32,000 nt of DNA. Source: Candidatus Saccharimonadota bacterium. Its GTDB lineage: Bacteria; Patescibacteriota; Saccharimonadia; Saccharimonadales; Saccharimonadaceae. Positions within the stretch are counted from its first letter, which is position 1. Each line of letters opens with the position of its first letter. A program made the translations under genes and the position numbers. The notes beneath the pieces were generated by a model. The model worked only from the letters and a program-made list of their open reading frames with translations. It searched no databases and had not been told where the DNA came from. The stretch lies in the NCBI GenBank assembly GCA_001029695.1, contig CP011211.1:270001-302000 (forward strand). The letters are read 5' to 3'. Positions 1 through 7,939 of this stretch are shown piece by piece.

Positions 1-796
1 AGCTTGTAGGGCTAACGATAATAACCTTTTTATCACGAAATGCGTACTCAATAAGATCTCGCGCGCTACTACCCGTTCCGACATCGCCAATCAAAAGATC
101 ATAGTATAACGATTCGCTCGGTATAAACATAAAGGCAAAATCCATTGTATTTTCCGATGGACGTATATACTTACTCGTTTCATCAATTCGGCCTTTTAGG
201 TCTTTTCGGACATCGTCAAGCAGTTGCGCCCGACGTACTTTGTCTTTCTCACCAACCATACGATTATAGTTTTCTAGGCTAAATTTGCTATCGACAGCAA
301 GAATTTGTTTATTATCGAGAAACACAACTGCGTCAACTATCTGACCATCTGCGAACTTATATTGCATCTGATAGTTTTTTGGAGGCAATATGTTATCGAG
401 GACTGATTTCAAATAATATTCACCGAAGACGCCGCGCTGCTTAGGGTTCTGCAGGACATTCTGCAATGTCTTTAGCTCTTCAGCCACGTCTACGACTCGT
501 CGATTCGTTTCATCAAGTTTCGTTAGTCGTTGCGTGACATCTCCCACCAACTTCGCGCTCTCGCTGAGTTGACGCTGTACAGACGTCTGCATCGCCACAT
601 TGCTGCGCTCAAGCTTATCGCCGACTGATTCTTGCATCAGAGATATAGTCCGTGACAACTCAACTACATCAGCTTTCATGAGATCAACCGCATTGGTATT
701 TTTAAACTCACGGAGTCGCTGGTTTAAGACAAAAATCACCACTCCAAAACCAACCACCACTACTATAAGTACGATAAAAAGAATAAATTGCTCCAT
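1..796 (-). CDS. rmuC: DNA recombination protein RmuC, N-terminal ~265 codons (3' end of the gene lies beyond the window start)
   Basis: Own minus-strand translation from the ATG at 796..794: MEQFILFIVLIVVVVGFGVVIF (TM anchor), a long coiled-coil region, then EELKTLQNVLQNPKQRGVFGEYYLKSVLDNILP and FMFIPSESLYYDL. The frame stays open to position 1. It is absent from the ORF track because it is edge-truncated. The layout and the QRGxxGE motif fit the RmuC family. Confidence 0.8.
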   Translation of the reverse strand, partial: MEQFILFIVLIVVVVGFGVVIFVLNQRLREFKNTNAVDLMKADVVELSRTISLMQESVGDKLERSNVAMQTSVQRQLSESAKLVGDVTQRLTKLDETNRRVVDVAEELKTLQNVLQNPKQRGVFGEYYLKSVLDNILPPKNYQMQYKFADGQIVDAVVFLDNKQILAVDSKFSLENYNRMVGEKDKVRRAQLLDDVRKDLKGRIDETSKYIRPSENTMDFAFMFIPSESLYYDLLIGDVGTGSSARDLIEYAFRDKKVIIVSPTS

Positions 797-817
797 ACGT
801 CTAGTATAGCATTAGCA

Positions 818-1309
818 CTACAAGAACGTCGGAAGGATACGTGCAAAGACGACAACAAGAAGAACAAGAATTAACGCCGCGAGGAACATACGAATTCGCG
901 CGAACCATGCAAATGCCATATAACAGATTGCATACATCACGACAGTCCATATAAGCCCCTCAAACCACGCAAGCCCATCTACCCATCCGCTCACGCCCCA
1001 GAGGCAAATGGCAGCTGCAATCGCCACGAGCAATGGTCGATACACACCAAGCCGTACAAGCCCAAGTACACCAGCGATGGTCGCAAAAACAAGAACAATA
1101 TTCCCTGAGATTACGCCTGAATTAAGGCAGATGCTTGTCGTTGACTGGTTGCCGCAAAATACCGCATCCATCACATACTGATTAAGAAGAAGTGTCAGGA
1201 GCCATGCTACTGAACCGATAATGACACCTAAAAGCCCGACCTGGACTACTGTCGAGGGTTGCATATCAATAAATTTTTGCTGACCATCAGACACGACTGA
1301 CTGTTCCAT
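818..1309 (-). CDS. hypothetical polytopic membrane protein (163 aa)
   Basis: The track ORF has about 5 hydrophobic helices and is co-directional and tightly packed with its neighbours. No recognisable catalytic motif. Confidence 0.6.
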   Translation of the reverse strand: MEQSVVSDGQQKFIDMQPSTVVQVGLLGVIIGSVAWLLTLLLNQYVMDAVFCGNQSTTSICLNSGVISGNIVLVFATIAGVLGLVRLGVYRPLLVAIAAAICLWGVSGWVDGLAWFEGLIWTVVMYAICYMAFAWFARIRMFLAALILVLLVVVFARILPTFL

Positions 1310-1368
1310 ACATCATCTCCTGTTTTGCACTATTTTATCACTAAATAGCGTGAAATGCAAAGAACTTG

Positions 1369-1860
1369 TTAGCCTGCTCGCTTCGAGAGAGCTAGGTCGG
1401 CTCTACTGAAGTACCACAGTCCACCTAGCAGCGCGACGCTAATACCACCGATGACATCAAGCGGTGTATGGACAAGCGCAAGCACTCGTCCGATACAAAC
1501 AAGAAGTGTCAACACGACAAGTATACCCGTGAGCCACTTTGAGCGCGTCTCAGCCCAGACAGCAAGAGTAATTGCCGCCGTAAAGAGCGCATGATCAGAC
1601 GGAAATCCCGGATTATCCAAATACGATGCGCCTGGTGTTAGCCCTAAGATCTCAAATGGCCGTTCAGTCGCTGGCTGATACGCAGTACCGAGAAGCTTTG
1701 CGATCAAAAAAGCCGTGAGTCCAGCAAGAAGAATCCTACAATATGCATCATATCGTGAGCTACCTTTTGGCAACTTCCATATAAGCGCATACACTGCAAT
1801 CAGGACAATGGGGATTACCGCACCGTCAGCAATTAGTTTTATTCCTTGCTCAATAATCAT
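1369..1860 (-). CDS. PAP2-family (type 2) lipid phosphatase
   Basis: The three PAP2 motifs are visible: KLLGTAYQPATERP (KxnRP), PSDH, and GRVLALVHTPLD (SRx5Hx3D-like). The protein is a polytopic membrane protein. Confidence 0.8.
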   Translation of the reverse strand: MIIEQGIKLIADGAVIPIVLIAVYALIWKLPKGSSRYDAYCRILLAGLTAFLIAKLLGTAYQPATERPFEILGLTPGASYLDNPGFPSDHALFTAAITLAVWAETRSKWLTGILVVLTLLVCIGRVLALVHTPLDVIGGISVALLGGLWYFSRADLALSKRAG

Positions 1861-1898
1861 AACTACTTAGGTAGTATACGCCCAAAATAACTATTCGA

Positions 1899-2264
1899 CT
1901 AGTTTAAGCGAGCACTTCTAGCGATGACAAATTGATCGATCTTTTGCCGAGTCCACCCGCGCTGAATCAACTCATCACGTAGCTTACCAAAAAGCGCTCG
2001 TTGGAATTCGTATGTGTTTCTAAATCCCCGCGAACGCACTATTTCCTCAAAAGATGACTTTTTCTGCATATAACGAAACTCTATAGGTGAAAGCCCTAGT
2101 AAATCTGCTCGGAGTTCACCCTTACGGTCATGTCGCTGTAAAATCCGCTCAAGTCGCTCCTCTCTATGGCGTCGGTGCGTGTCACGAGCCTTTCGGCTCA
2201 TCGATGCCATCATACTACCGGTCGTCAGTAGCAATGAGCTGAGTGATTTGGTCGATAATTTCAT
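1899..2264 (-). CDS. hypothetical strongly basic protein (121 aa)
   Basis: Track ORF with an AAGGAGG Shine-Dalgarno 7 nt upstream of the ATG (minus strand). It has an Arg/His-rich helical region (RKARDTHRRHREERLERILQRHDRK). No family recognised. Confidence 0.5.
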   Translation of the reverse strand: MKLSTKSLSSLLLTTGSMMASMSRKARDTHRRHREERLERILQRHDRKGELRADLLGLSPIEFRYMQKKSSFEEIVRSRGFRNTYEFQRALFGKLRDELIQRGWTRQKIDQFVIARSARLN

Positions 2265-2363
2265 GCGTCAACCTCCTTTTACAAGCAATCGTTATGTCAT
2301 GCTTATGTCTTTATAATAGCCCGTGAAAACACGTGAAAAAAAAGTGGTTTTTACTACAAGTGA

Positions 2364-2732
2364 CTACCATTCCTCGTAAGTGATTTCTCCGTGACAGGCT
2401 TGTCTTCCGATACGACGAAACCAGCCTTGTTTCCTTATTTGCAAAGCAATCGAAAGTTCAGTTTCGATCAAATACCTATCTTCAATGTCAAAAATCGTTG
2501 CATTTTTAAATAATAGCCCACCAGAAATCAATAAGTTTGATTGATCAAAAATATCAGCATTAATCTGAGCCCACTCATCTCGTGACGGATCTGACCGATG
2601 TCGCTCCATCCACAACTCACCGAGACGTATACTGATTTTCTTTAAATCTTCAATGCATGTCGGCCCAGGGGGCCCAGGGTCCGTTTCATCGGACTGATCA
2701 AGTGACGGCGAAGATACTATTTCCATTGCCAT
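2364..2732 (-). CDS. hypothetical protein (122 aa), acidic N-terminus
   Basis: Track ORF, co-directional with the 1899..2264 gene. No motif recognised. Confidence 0.5.
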   Translation of the reverse strand: MAMEIVSSPSLDQSDETDPGPPGPTCIEDLKKISIRLGELWMERHRSDPSRDEWAQINADIFDQSNLLISGGLLFKNATIFDIEDRYLIETELSIALQIRKQGWFRRIGRQACHGEITYEEW

Positions 2733-2768
2733 GAGTATCTTTTCATTATACTACATATTCATGCATAG

Positions 2769-2796
2769 AAAAAGACAGCCCAACGACTGTCTTTTT
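2769..2796. terminator. bidirectional rho-independent terminator downstream of pnuC
   Basis: AAAAAGACAG-cccaacga-CTGTCTTTTT: a 10-bp stem with an A-run and a T-run on either side. It lies 20 nt after the pnuC stop. Confidence 0.75.
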
Positions 2797-2816
2797 CTAC
2801 ATCAGCTTCCGCACTT

Positions 2817-3539
2817 CTAGCCTTCGACCTTCGCTGTACGCCATTGCACCCAGCCGTATATTGAGTTGAGGAGAAAAACAATCCACATCGCAAGTACAGC
2901 CCAACCCTGATCTTGGTGCTGCAGTACCATCACTACCCACATAGTCACTGCGACAACATTCACGACAATCCACGCGATCCACTGCTCAGCAAATCGTCTT
3001 ACCATCAGGAGTGTCGCCGTGACAGAAAGTATAGCTGTCGCAGCATCCATACCGGGCATAGCGCCCTCTAGAACTCGTAGAAACGCTGCATATCCGACAA
3101 TTGCGGCAATCGTCGCACCGACTGTAAAGAGGCGCTGACGCGTACTAAGTGCCCGCTTGATAACATCCACAATTGCATCACCCACCTGCGAAGAACTTTT
3201 GATCCAGTAGTAGTATCCGATAAACTGCATTGGAAGAAAAACAAGTGTATAAAGAATAGTCTCACCATAGAGCTGATAGCCATACGAGACCCATGCATAC
3301 AATGCCGTCGCCACGACACCCCAGGCATAACTCGAAATCTTACCTTTAGCCACCAGAATTGCCCCTACTATACCCGTGAGCGAACTGATAAGCTCAATCA
3401 TTCCTCCACCCATAACAAGTGACGTCACAATAATTGCAAGGCTAGCTAGCACTAGCCACGCATACTCCTTTACGCTCCATCCGTAAAAATCCGTCCACAA
3501 AGTCTGCATCATCATCTTGATTGAAAAATTACTCTTCAT
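2817..3539 (-). CDS. pnuC: nicotinamide riboside transporter PnuC
   Basis: 240-aa polytopic membrane protein with PnuC-typical stretches: VAKGKISSYAWG, YQLYGE and LPMQFIGYYYW. It sits 4 nt downstream of nadR in the same orientation. Confidence 0.85.
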   Translation of the reverse strand: MKSNFSIKMMMQTLWTDFYGWSVKEYAWLVLASLAIIVTSLVMGGGMIELISSLTGIVGAILVAKGKISSYAWGVVATALYAWVSYGYQLYGETILYTLVFLPMQFIGYYYWIKSSSQVGDAIVDVIKRALSTRQRLFTVGATIAAIVGYAAFLRVLEGAMPGMDAATAILSVTATLLMVRRFAEQWIAWIVVNVVAVTMWVVMVLQHQDQGWAVLAMWIVFLLNSIYGWVQWRTAKVEG

Positions 3540-3543
3540 CGTT

Positions 3544-4578
3544 TTACTCCATTATCTTTTCTATAGCATTTACCGCTTTTTTAAATCGCTCTTCAAACGA
3601 CCCATCTATACAGACGATATTCTTCACACACCTCTCCTTGCATAGATCGAGCAACATCTGGTTTGTCATTTTTCGCTTGTCAGGACTGCCGTTTTGTCGC
3701 AGCCCGTCTGCAACCCACGGCACATCGATATCAAGGTACAGCACCAAGTCATACGATTCACGCGCAGAAAGCATCTTGAGCGTGTCACTTTCGAGTCCCA
3801 TACAAAGCGCGGAAAATTCTGTTATGAGATTATTCGTGTCTGAGAGTACAAACTTTTTTCCCGTACGCTGAGCGCGCTTCTCGGCAAGCTTATGCTCATA
3901 TGCAATCATTACGTAGTCTTGTTCGCTCATATACTTTTCTTGACTAAAGAACCGTTCCTCACATATCGTACGTCCCACTTCTGGGACAGAAACAGTGTCA
4001 AAATACTCCGCAAGATTCTTCACGAGCGTTGATTTACCCGTGCTTTCACATCCAATCACGACAATACTTTTAGTAAAATCTTTCTTCACAGCATCTGCAA
4101 GATACTCCCACTTTCCGTAGATATCATTCCGAACAGCCGTAGCAGAGATTGGTATGTTTTCTCTGTCAGCGTCGATCACAACATGTCGAGCTTCCGGGAA
4201 ATACGCGGCAAAATACTCGTCATACGTAGGCTCAGATGAAAATACCAAGTCTATGGCGTCTTCCATTTGTATATCCTGTAGCTTTGCTCGTACAAGCTTC
4301 GTAAAGTCAGCACCACCTTCGGGATATGGGTCAATCTTCGATTCATCGACGACGATAATGTGAACCTTCTTATTGTCCTTAAATGTCTCTCGCAGCCACA
4401 AATATCGGTTACGTTCACTCAGTACTAAGCTCATCCGTTCTGACTGCATATCGTTAAACTTTTGATCGTAACAAAGCACGACATACAACGCGTCAACCTG
4501 CGAAGCTGCCTGTCGCACCGCATACTCATGACCGGTCGTTAGAGGAGCAAACTTTCCTAGTAATAATCCTGTTGTCAT
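3544..4578 (-). CDS. nadR: NadR-type bifunctional NMN adenylyltransferase / ribosylnicotinamide kinase, lacking the N-terminal HTH domain
   Basis: The N-terminus GKFAPLTTGHEYAV carries the nucleotidyltransferase (H/T)xGH motif. The central VVIGCESTGKSTL is the P-loop of the kinase domain. SD GAAAGGAG lies upstream, and the gene is adjacent to pnuC. Confidence 0.85.
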   Translation of the reverse strand: MTTGLLLGKFAPLTTGHEYAVRQAASQVDALYVVLCYDQKFNDMQSERMSLVLSERNRYLWLRETFKDNKKVHIIVVDESKIDPYPEGGADFTKLVRAKLQDIQMEDAIDLVFSSEPTYDEYFAAYFPEARHVVIDADRENIPISATAVRNDIYGKWEYLADAVKKDFTKSIVVIGCESTGKSTLVKNLAEYFDTVSVPEVGRTICEERFFSQEKYMSEQDYVMIAYEHKLAEKRAQRTGKKFVLSDTNNLITEFSALCMGLESDTLKMLSARESYDLVLYLDIDVPWVADGLRQNGSPDKRKMTNQMLLDLCKERCVKNIVCIDGSFEERFKKAVNAIEKIME

Positions 4579-4617
4579 TTCGGTCTCCTTTCAAGGTGAT
4601 ACTACTCAAAATATAGC

Positions 4618-4660
4618 AAAAATATAACTTAGTGTCAATGATACACTAAGTTATATTTTT
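4618..4660. promoter_or_regulatory. perfect 18-bp-arm inverted repeat in the nadR-pnuC leader (operator or terminator/attenuator hairpin)
   Basis: AAAAATATAACTTAGTGT-caatgat-ACACTAAGTTATATTTTT. It lies about 40 nt upstream of the nadR ATG and overlaps the position where a -35 element for a TATATT -10 would sit. Confidence 0.5.
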
Positions 4661-4669
4661 ACCTCATAA

Positions 4670-4700
4670 AATAACCCCTTAACGAGGAAAAGGGGTTATT
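4670..4700 (-). terminator. hairpin downstream of the SDR gene (terminator, or 5' element of the nadR leader)
   Basis: Minus sense: AATAACCCCTT-ttcctcgtt-AAGGGGTTATT followed by TTATG. It is an 11-bp stem about 25 nt after the SDR stop. Confidence 0.55.
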
Positions 4701-4723
4701 ACTACGTAACGGTGACTTACTGA

Positions 4724-5515
4724 CTACATCTGTAGTCGTCCACCATCGACCACCACTTGGCTACCCGTCATATACGACGACATATCAGAGGCCAAAAACA
4801 ACACTACCTTTGCGATTTCATCCGATTGCCCCATCCTCCTCATTGGGATCCGCTCGATGAATGCCTCATTGCCTGGCGCAGGTACCCCATCTTTTGCTCC
4901 AGTACCCGGCGTCGCAATTCCTCCCGGCGCGATCGCATTAACGGTGATGTTATGCGCGGCCAGCTCGATCGCGATGTTCTTCGTAAACCCCCACACGCCA
5001 TGCTTTGACGCATCATAATGTGCCAACCCTACCATCGAAGGATGAATCGCATCAATCGAAGTAATATTCACGACCTTTCCGCCACGACCACGTTGCTTCA
5101 TATGTTCTGTAAAAAACTTTGTACACAAAAACACACCGCGAAGATTCACATCAATCACACGTATAAAATCCGGCTCAGTCATATCAGCCAAGGGAGAAAA
5201 TGGGAAAATTCCCGCATTGTTTACTAAGATATCGACACCATCAAATTGCTCCAACGAACGACGAAGCGCCTCCTCAACCTGTATACCCTCGCTAATGTCC
5301 AGCGAAACAGCTAGCGCCGAATCACTCCGAATACTGTTAAGCGACTCAGCAACAAGCCGTGCGCCATCCCTGTTTATATCTGTCACGACCACATTTGCGC
5401 CCGCCTCATGAAGACGCCTTGCAGCCGCTTCACCGATTCCACCAGCGCTCCCCGTCACAAATGCAGTCTTCCCCGATAGGTTGAGTAGCGTATCCAATCC
5501 TAATATTTCGTTCAT
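4724..5515 (-). CDS. SDR-family oxidoreductase (FabG-like short-chain dehydrogenase)
   Basis: TGSAGGIG (TGxxxGxG cofactor motif), NNAG and the YDASKHG catalytic YxxxK are present. SD GAGGAGGG lies upstream. Confidence 0.85.
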   Translation of the reverse strand: MNEILGLDTLLNLSGKTAFVTGSAGGIGEAAARRLHEAGANVVVTDINRDGARLVAESLNSIRSDSALAVSLDISEGIQVEEALRRSLEQFDGVDILVNNAGIFPFSPLADMTEPDFIRVIDVNLRGVFLCTKFFTEHMKQRGRGGKVVNITSIDAIHPSMVGLAHYDASKHGVWGFTKNIAIELAAHNITVNAIAPGGIATPGTGAKDGVPAPGNEAFIERIPMRRMGQSDEIAKVVLFLASDMSSYMTGSQVVVDGGRLQM

Positions 5516-5636
5516 GTCACCCTCCTCTTCTACTTCCTGCCTATACTAGCAGGTCTCTACACCTATAATAACACCGTCATCACACCCCTTCCTGCCATAG
5601 GCCAAGTCAAAACCGCAAGCCGAAGAGCTATAGACA

Positions 5637-5645
5637 TGCTATAAT
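5637..5645 (+). promoter_or_regulatory. extended -10 promoter element TGCTATAAT
   Basis: An exact TGnTATAAT. The same 9-mer recurs at 15354..15362 (+) and 20029..20037 (-). Confidence 0.5.
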
Positions 5646-5680
5646 AAATTCATTACAACAAACGATTGGACTATATAATC

Positions 5681-5767
5681 ATGGCTAAGCATAAGAACTG
5701 GCACGGCGCGACACGCAAACGACTTCTAAAAAAGAAGCTCAAATCACAGAAGAAAAAGAACGCCTAA
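5681..5767 (+). CDS. candidate 28-aa highly basic micro-protein (or a non-coding small transcript)
   Basis: Own reading gives MAKHKNWHGATRKRLLKKKLKSQKKKNA*. It lies between an extended -10 promoter (5637..5645) and a 19-bp-stem terminator that starts at its stop codon. It is too short for the ORF track and has no clear SD. Confidence 0.3.
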   Translation: MAKHKNWHGATRKRLLKKKLKSQKKKNA

Positions 5768-5810
5768 ATATGTAAAAGGATCGACAAACGCGTCGATCCT
5801 TTTACATATT
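5767..5810. terminator. bidirectional terminator (19-bp perfect stem)
   Basis: AATATGTAAAAGGATCGAC-aaacgc-GTCGATCCTTTTACATATT. It sits between the small + unit and the convergent NUDIX gene. Confidence 0.75.
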
Positions 5811-5829
5811 ACGCAGACTTACTCACTTA

Positions 5830-6279
5830 TTAACCGATACTTGCGTAGTGATAAATCTTTCGTTCGACAGCCTCATCCGAATCTTTAAACTCGCCCGGAT
5901 CAACAAAAGCGATCTCATCCGCATCTTCGCCGACAGTAAAATCCATTACCTCTGGGGTCACTGCAAAGATCAGCCGTACTTGCCAAAAATCATGCACTTT
6001 TGCATAGGCAGCCTCATCGACATCGATAATCTTATACGTAAAATCGCCCACGAGGCCAACTTCTTCTTTCAATTCGCGTGCAATCGCGAGCTCTATACTT
6101 TCATGGTGATCCATCCCACCGCCCGGAAGATCCCAGTAACCCCTGCCAGACTCTTTGACAACCAGTACTTTACCTTCATTGTTACGTATGAGACTCTTGA
6201 TTGAAATCCTATACAAATAGTCTGTACTCCGCGTGGAGTTTTCGTGTTCAATAGTTCCGAGAGCGTATTCTTGTGACAT
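5830..6279 (-). CDS. NUDIX hydrolase
   Basis: Nudix box GGGMDHHESIELAIARELKEEVGL (Gx5Ex7REUxEExGU). The upstream sequence TATACT-aattact-ATG suggests a leaderless start. Confidence 0.85.
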   Translation of the reverse strand: MSQEYALGTIEHENSTRSTDYLYRISIKSLIRNNEGKVLVVKESGRGYWDLPGGGMDHHESIELAIARELKEEVGLVGDFTYKIIDVDEAAYAKVHDFWQVRLIFAVTPEVMDFTVGEDADEIAFVDPGEFKDSDEAVERKIYHYASIG

Positions 6280-6299
6280 AGTAATTAGTATAGTAGCAG

Positions 6300-6764
6300 T
6301 TATTCTATACGTCGAGCAAACAGCTCCTCGGTTTCTCGCATAAATATTTCGGCTGTCTTAGGTCCAACCCCGTGTAGCTCTTGTAGGCGCCGAGAGAATT
6401 CCTCCTCGTCAGCGCTGCTCTCAAACATATAGAGCAGCGAACCCTCATACTCGCGAATAAGATAATCCATGCATAGATGGAGTGCGCGCGCTGTTACTTC
6501 GTCATACCGCGTATACTTACCTTCATCAAGAAGTCTCACTAAGCTATGGTGAGATGCATCCTTAATCGTCCATGGAGTATCAAGCTTACGATCAACAAAT
6601 AACTGCCATGTACGAGCAGCGACAGCTGACTGAATAGGCTTTCCAAACAAGTATGCAAGAAGAAACCAGCGAAACATATCATCCTCACTCTCAAGAACAT
6701 CCAAGCCAAAATCTTCGGCATGATGCACCGGCTTATCTCGTGGTTTTCTGGCTACCATATACAC
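6300..6764 (-). CDS. helix-hairpin-helix protein (endonuclease III / HhH-GPD-like fold, function unknown)
   Basis: The C-terminal LQELHGVGPKTAEIFMRE is a classic HhH (LxxLxGVGxKTA) element. No Fe-S cysteine cluster or catalytic Asp/Lys was assigned by eye. SD GAAGGGTGGA lies upstream. Confidence 0.5.
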   Translation of the reverse strand: MYMVARKPRDKPVHHAEDFGLDVLESEDDMFRWFLLAYLFGKPIQSAVAARTWQLFVDRKLDTPWTIKDASHHSLVRLLDEGKYTRYDEVTARALHLCMDYLIREYEGSLLYMFESSADEEEFSRRLQELHGVGPKTAEIFMRETEELFARRIE

Positions 6765-6776
6765 TTATCCACCCTT

Positions 6777-7199
6777 CTACTCATGCCGCTTTCCCACCCA
6801 GTCCATAGCGCGCAGCTCTTTGAGACTATTGATCGCAATGACAGCAGGATGCGCATAAAAAACAGATTGCCTCACATGTTCAGCTCCGTTCACTATTACC
6901 ACTTTCTCTGGATTACTAGCTGTACTTGCAATAGCCGCACCTAGCTCAACCGCCGCCCCGAGAATGTTATCCCGAGCAAACAACACAAACACGTCACACT
7001 CATACGCTGCCGTAATCATAGCAGCGGCAGCGCGTGATGAGGTCTCTCTGTTTTCAAGATACGGTGTAGGCAAAGCCTCCTTCGACCACCACTTTTCCAT
7101 AACAGTATGACCGGCAGCTTCAAGCTCTTCAGCAAACGCTTCGACCGAACCTTCATCTGAATTCAACTTGCCAGCAAGGTAGATATGTTTCTCTTTCAT
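6777..7199 (-). CDS. nucleoside 2-deoxyribosyltransferase-like (NDT/Rossmann-like) protein
   Basis: N-terminal HIYLAGKL plus CDVFVLFARDNILGAAVELGAAIA resembles the NDT-family pattern. The start is placed at the ATG at 7199 because TGCTATGAT-gagatat-ATG matches the leaderless promoter pattern. The track start at 7220 is a TTG. Confidence 0.5.
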   Translation of the reverse strand: MKEKHIYLAGKLNSDEGSVEAFAEELEAAGHTVMEKWWSKEALPTPYLENRETSSRAAAAMITAAYECDVFVLFARDNILGAAVELGAAIASTASNPEKVVIVNGAEHVRQSVFYAHPAVIAINSLKELRAMDWVGKRHE

Positions 7200-7279
7200 A
7201 TATCTCATCATAGCAAACAAAATAGACTCAGAGATGAGATCTACTTTAGATGAGACATAAAACTGCCTTATATATGAAA

Positions 7280-7315
7280 AATGCCTACCCGAACATCATT
7301 GTTCGGGTAGGCATT
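7280..7315 (-). terminator. rho-independent terminator of the 7319..7939 gene
   Basis: AATGCCTACCCGAACA-tcat-TGTTCGGGTAGGCATT is a 16-bp perfect stem. On the minus strand it is followed by TTTTCAT, and it starts 4 nt after the stop. Confidence 0.8.
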
Positions 7316-7318
7316 GAA

Positions 7319-7939
7319 TCACTGTTCGTAGTGCTTAAGGATCTGTTCGATCAGATCCTTTGCAGAATTGTTGCTCGACGCTGAGCGGGTGTAATCATAG
7401 TAGTAGATAGACACAAGCTCACTTGCGTCCGGTAGGACAATACGAGCAATCGCGCTCCAGTACATCGACCCCCTTCGCGGATCTTGATTTGTCTCCAATG
7501 TCATAGTTACACCTACTGCAGATGCGAAGTTATTAAGGTGGTTCAAATAATCTGTCTTATGACGACTCTTGCGAAGTGTTCCGACTGCACGCGACACATA
7601 AGGCGCAAGCCGTGCTGCGACGGCTCGGTCCCGATAAAGCTTGCTTCGCGCACTCCCGGCCTTGGGATCGGTCGATACGTTCAGGATGGCGTCACATCCA
7701 TCAATGATATGGCCATCGAGGATCATGTCGCACAAAATTCCTTCGTAAGCAGCATGTTCGGACTTTTTCTTCGACGCACCAAAACCGATACCGTCGTACC
7801 ATCGCTCTACCCCTTCTACCCTAACAGTACACACGAAATCTACTACCATTTTACTCTCGTAAAGGACTCTCTGCTTCGGCATCCGTCGAAGTTCCTTTGT
7901 TAAATAAATCATGACTGCCGCTTTCGCCGCACCTGACAT
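7319..7939 (-). CDS. stand-alone protein with an N-terminal dsRBD-like domain (possibly a second degenerate copy)
   Basis: Residues ~1-75 follow the alpha-beta-beta-beta-alpha dsRBD pattern and end in GIGFGASKKKSEHAAYEGIL, which compares with the G-x-G-x-SKK-x-AE-x-AA-x-x-L consensus. The C-terminal half (DYLNHLNNFASAVG ... SNNSAKDLIEQIL) is weaker. The gene has its own SD (AAGAGGTG) and its own terminator. Confidence 0.45.
   Translation of the reverse strand: MSGAAKAAVMIYLTKELRRMPKQRVLYESKMVVDFVCTVRVEGVERWYDGIGFGASKKKSEHAAYEGILCDMILDGHIIDGCDAILNVSTDPKAGSARSKLYRDRAVAARLAPYVSRAVGTLRKSRHKTDYLNHLNNFASAVGVTMTLETNQDPRRGSMYWSAIARIVLPDASELVSIYYYDYTRSASSNNSAKDLIEQILKHYEQ

Noticed and set aside
600-809. 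69-aa plus-strand ORF at the rmuC 5' end.
   Set aside because: It is antisense to the clearly coding rmuC reading frame, which is open from 796 down to 1.
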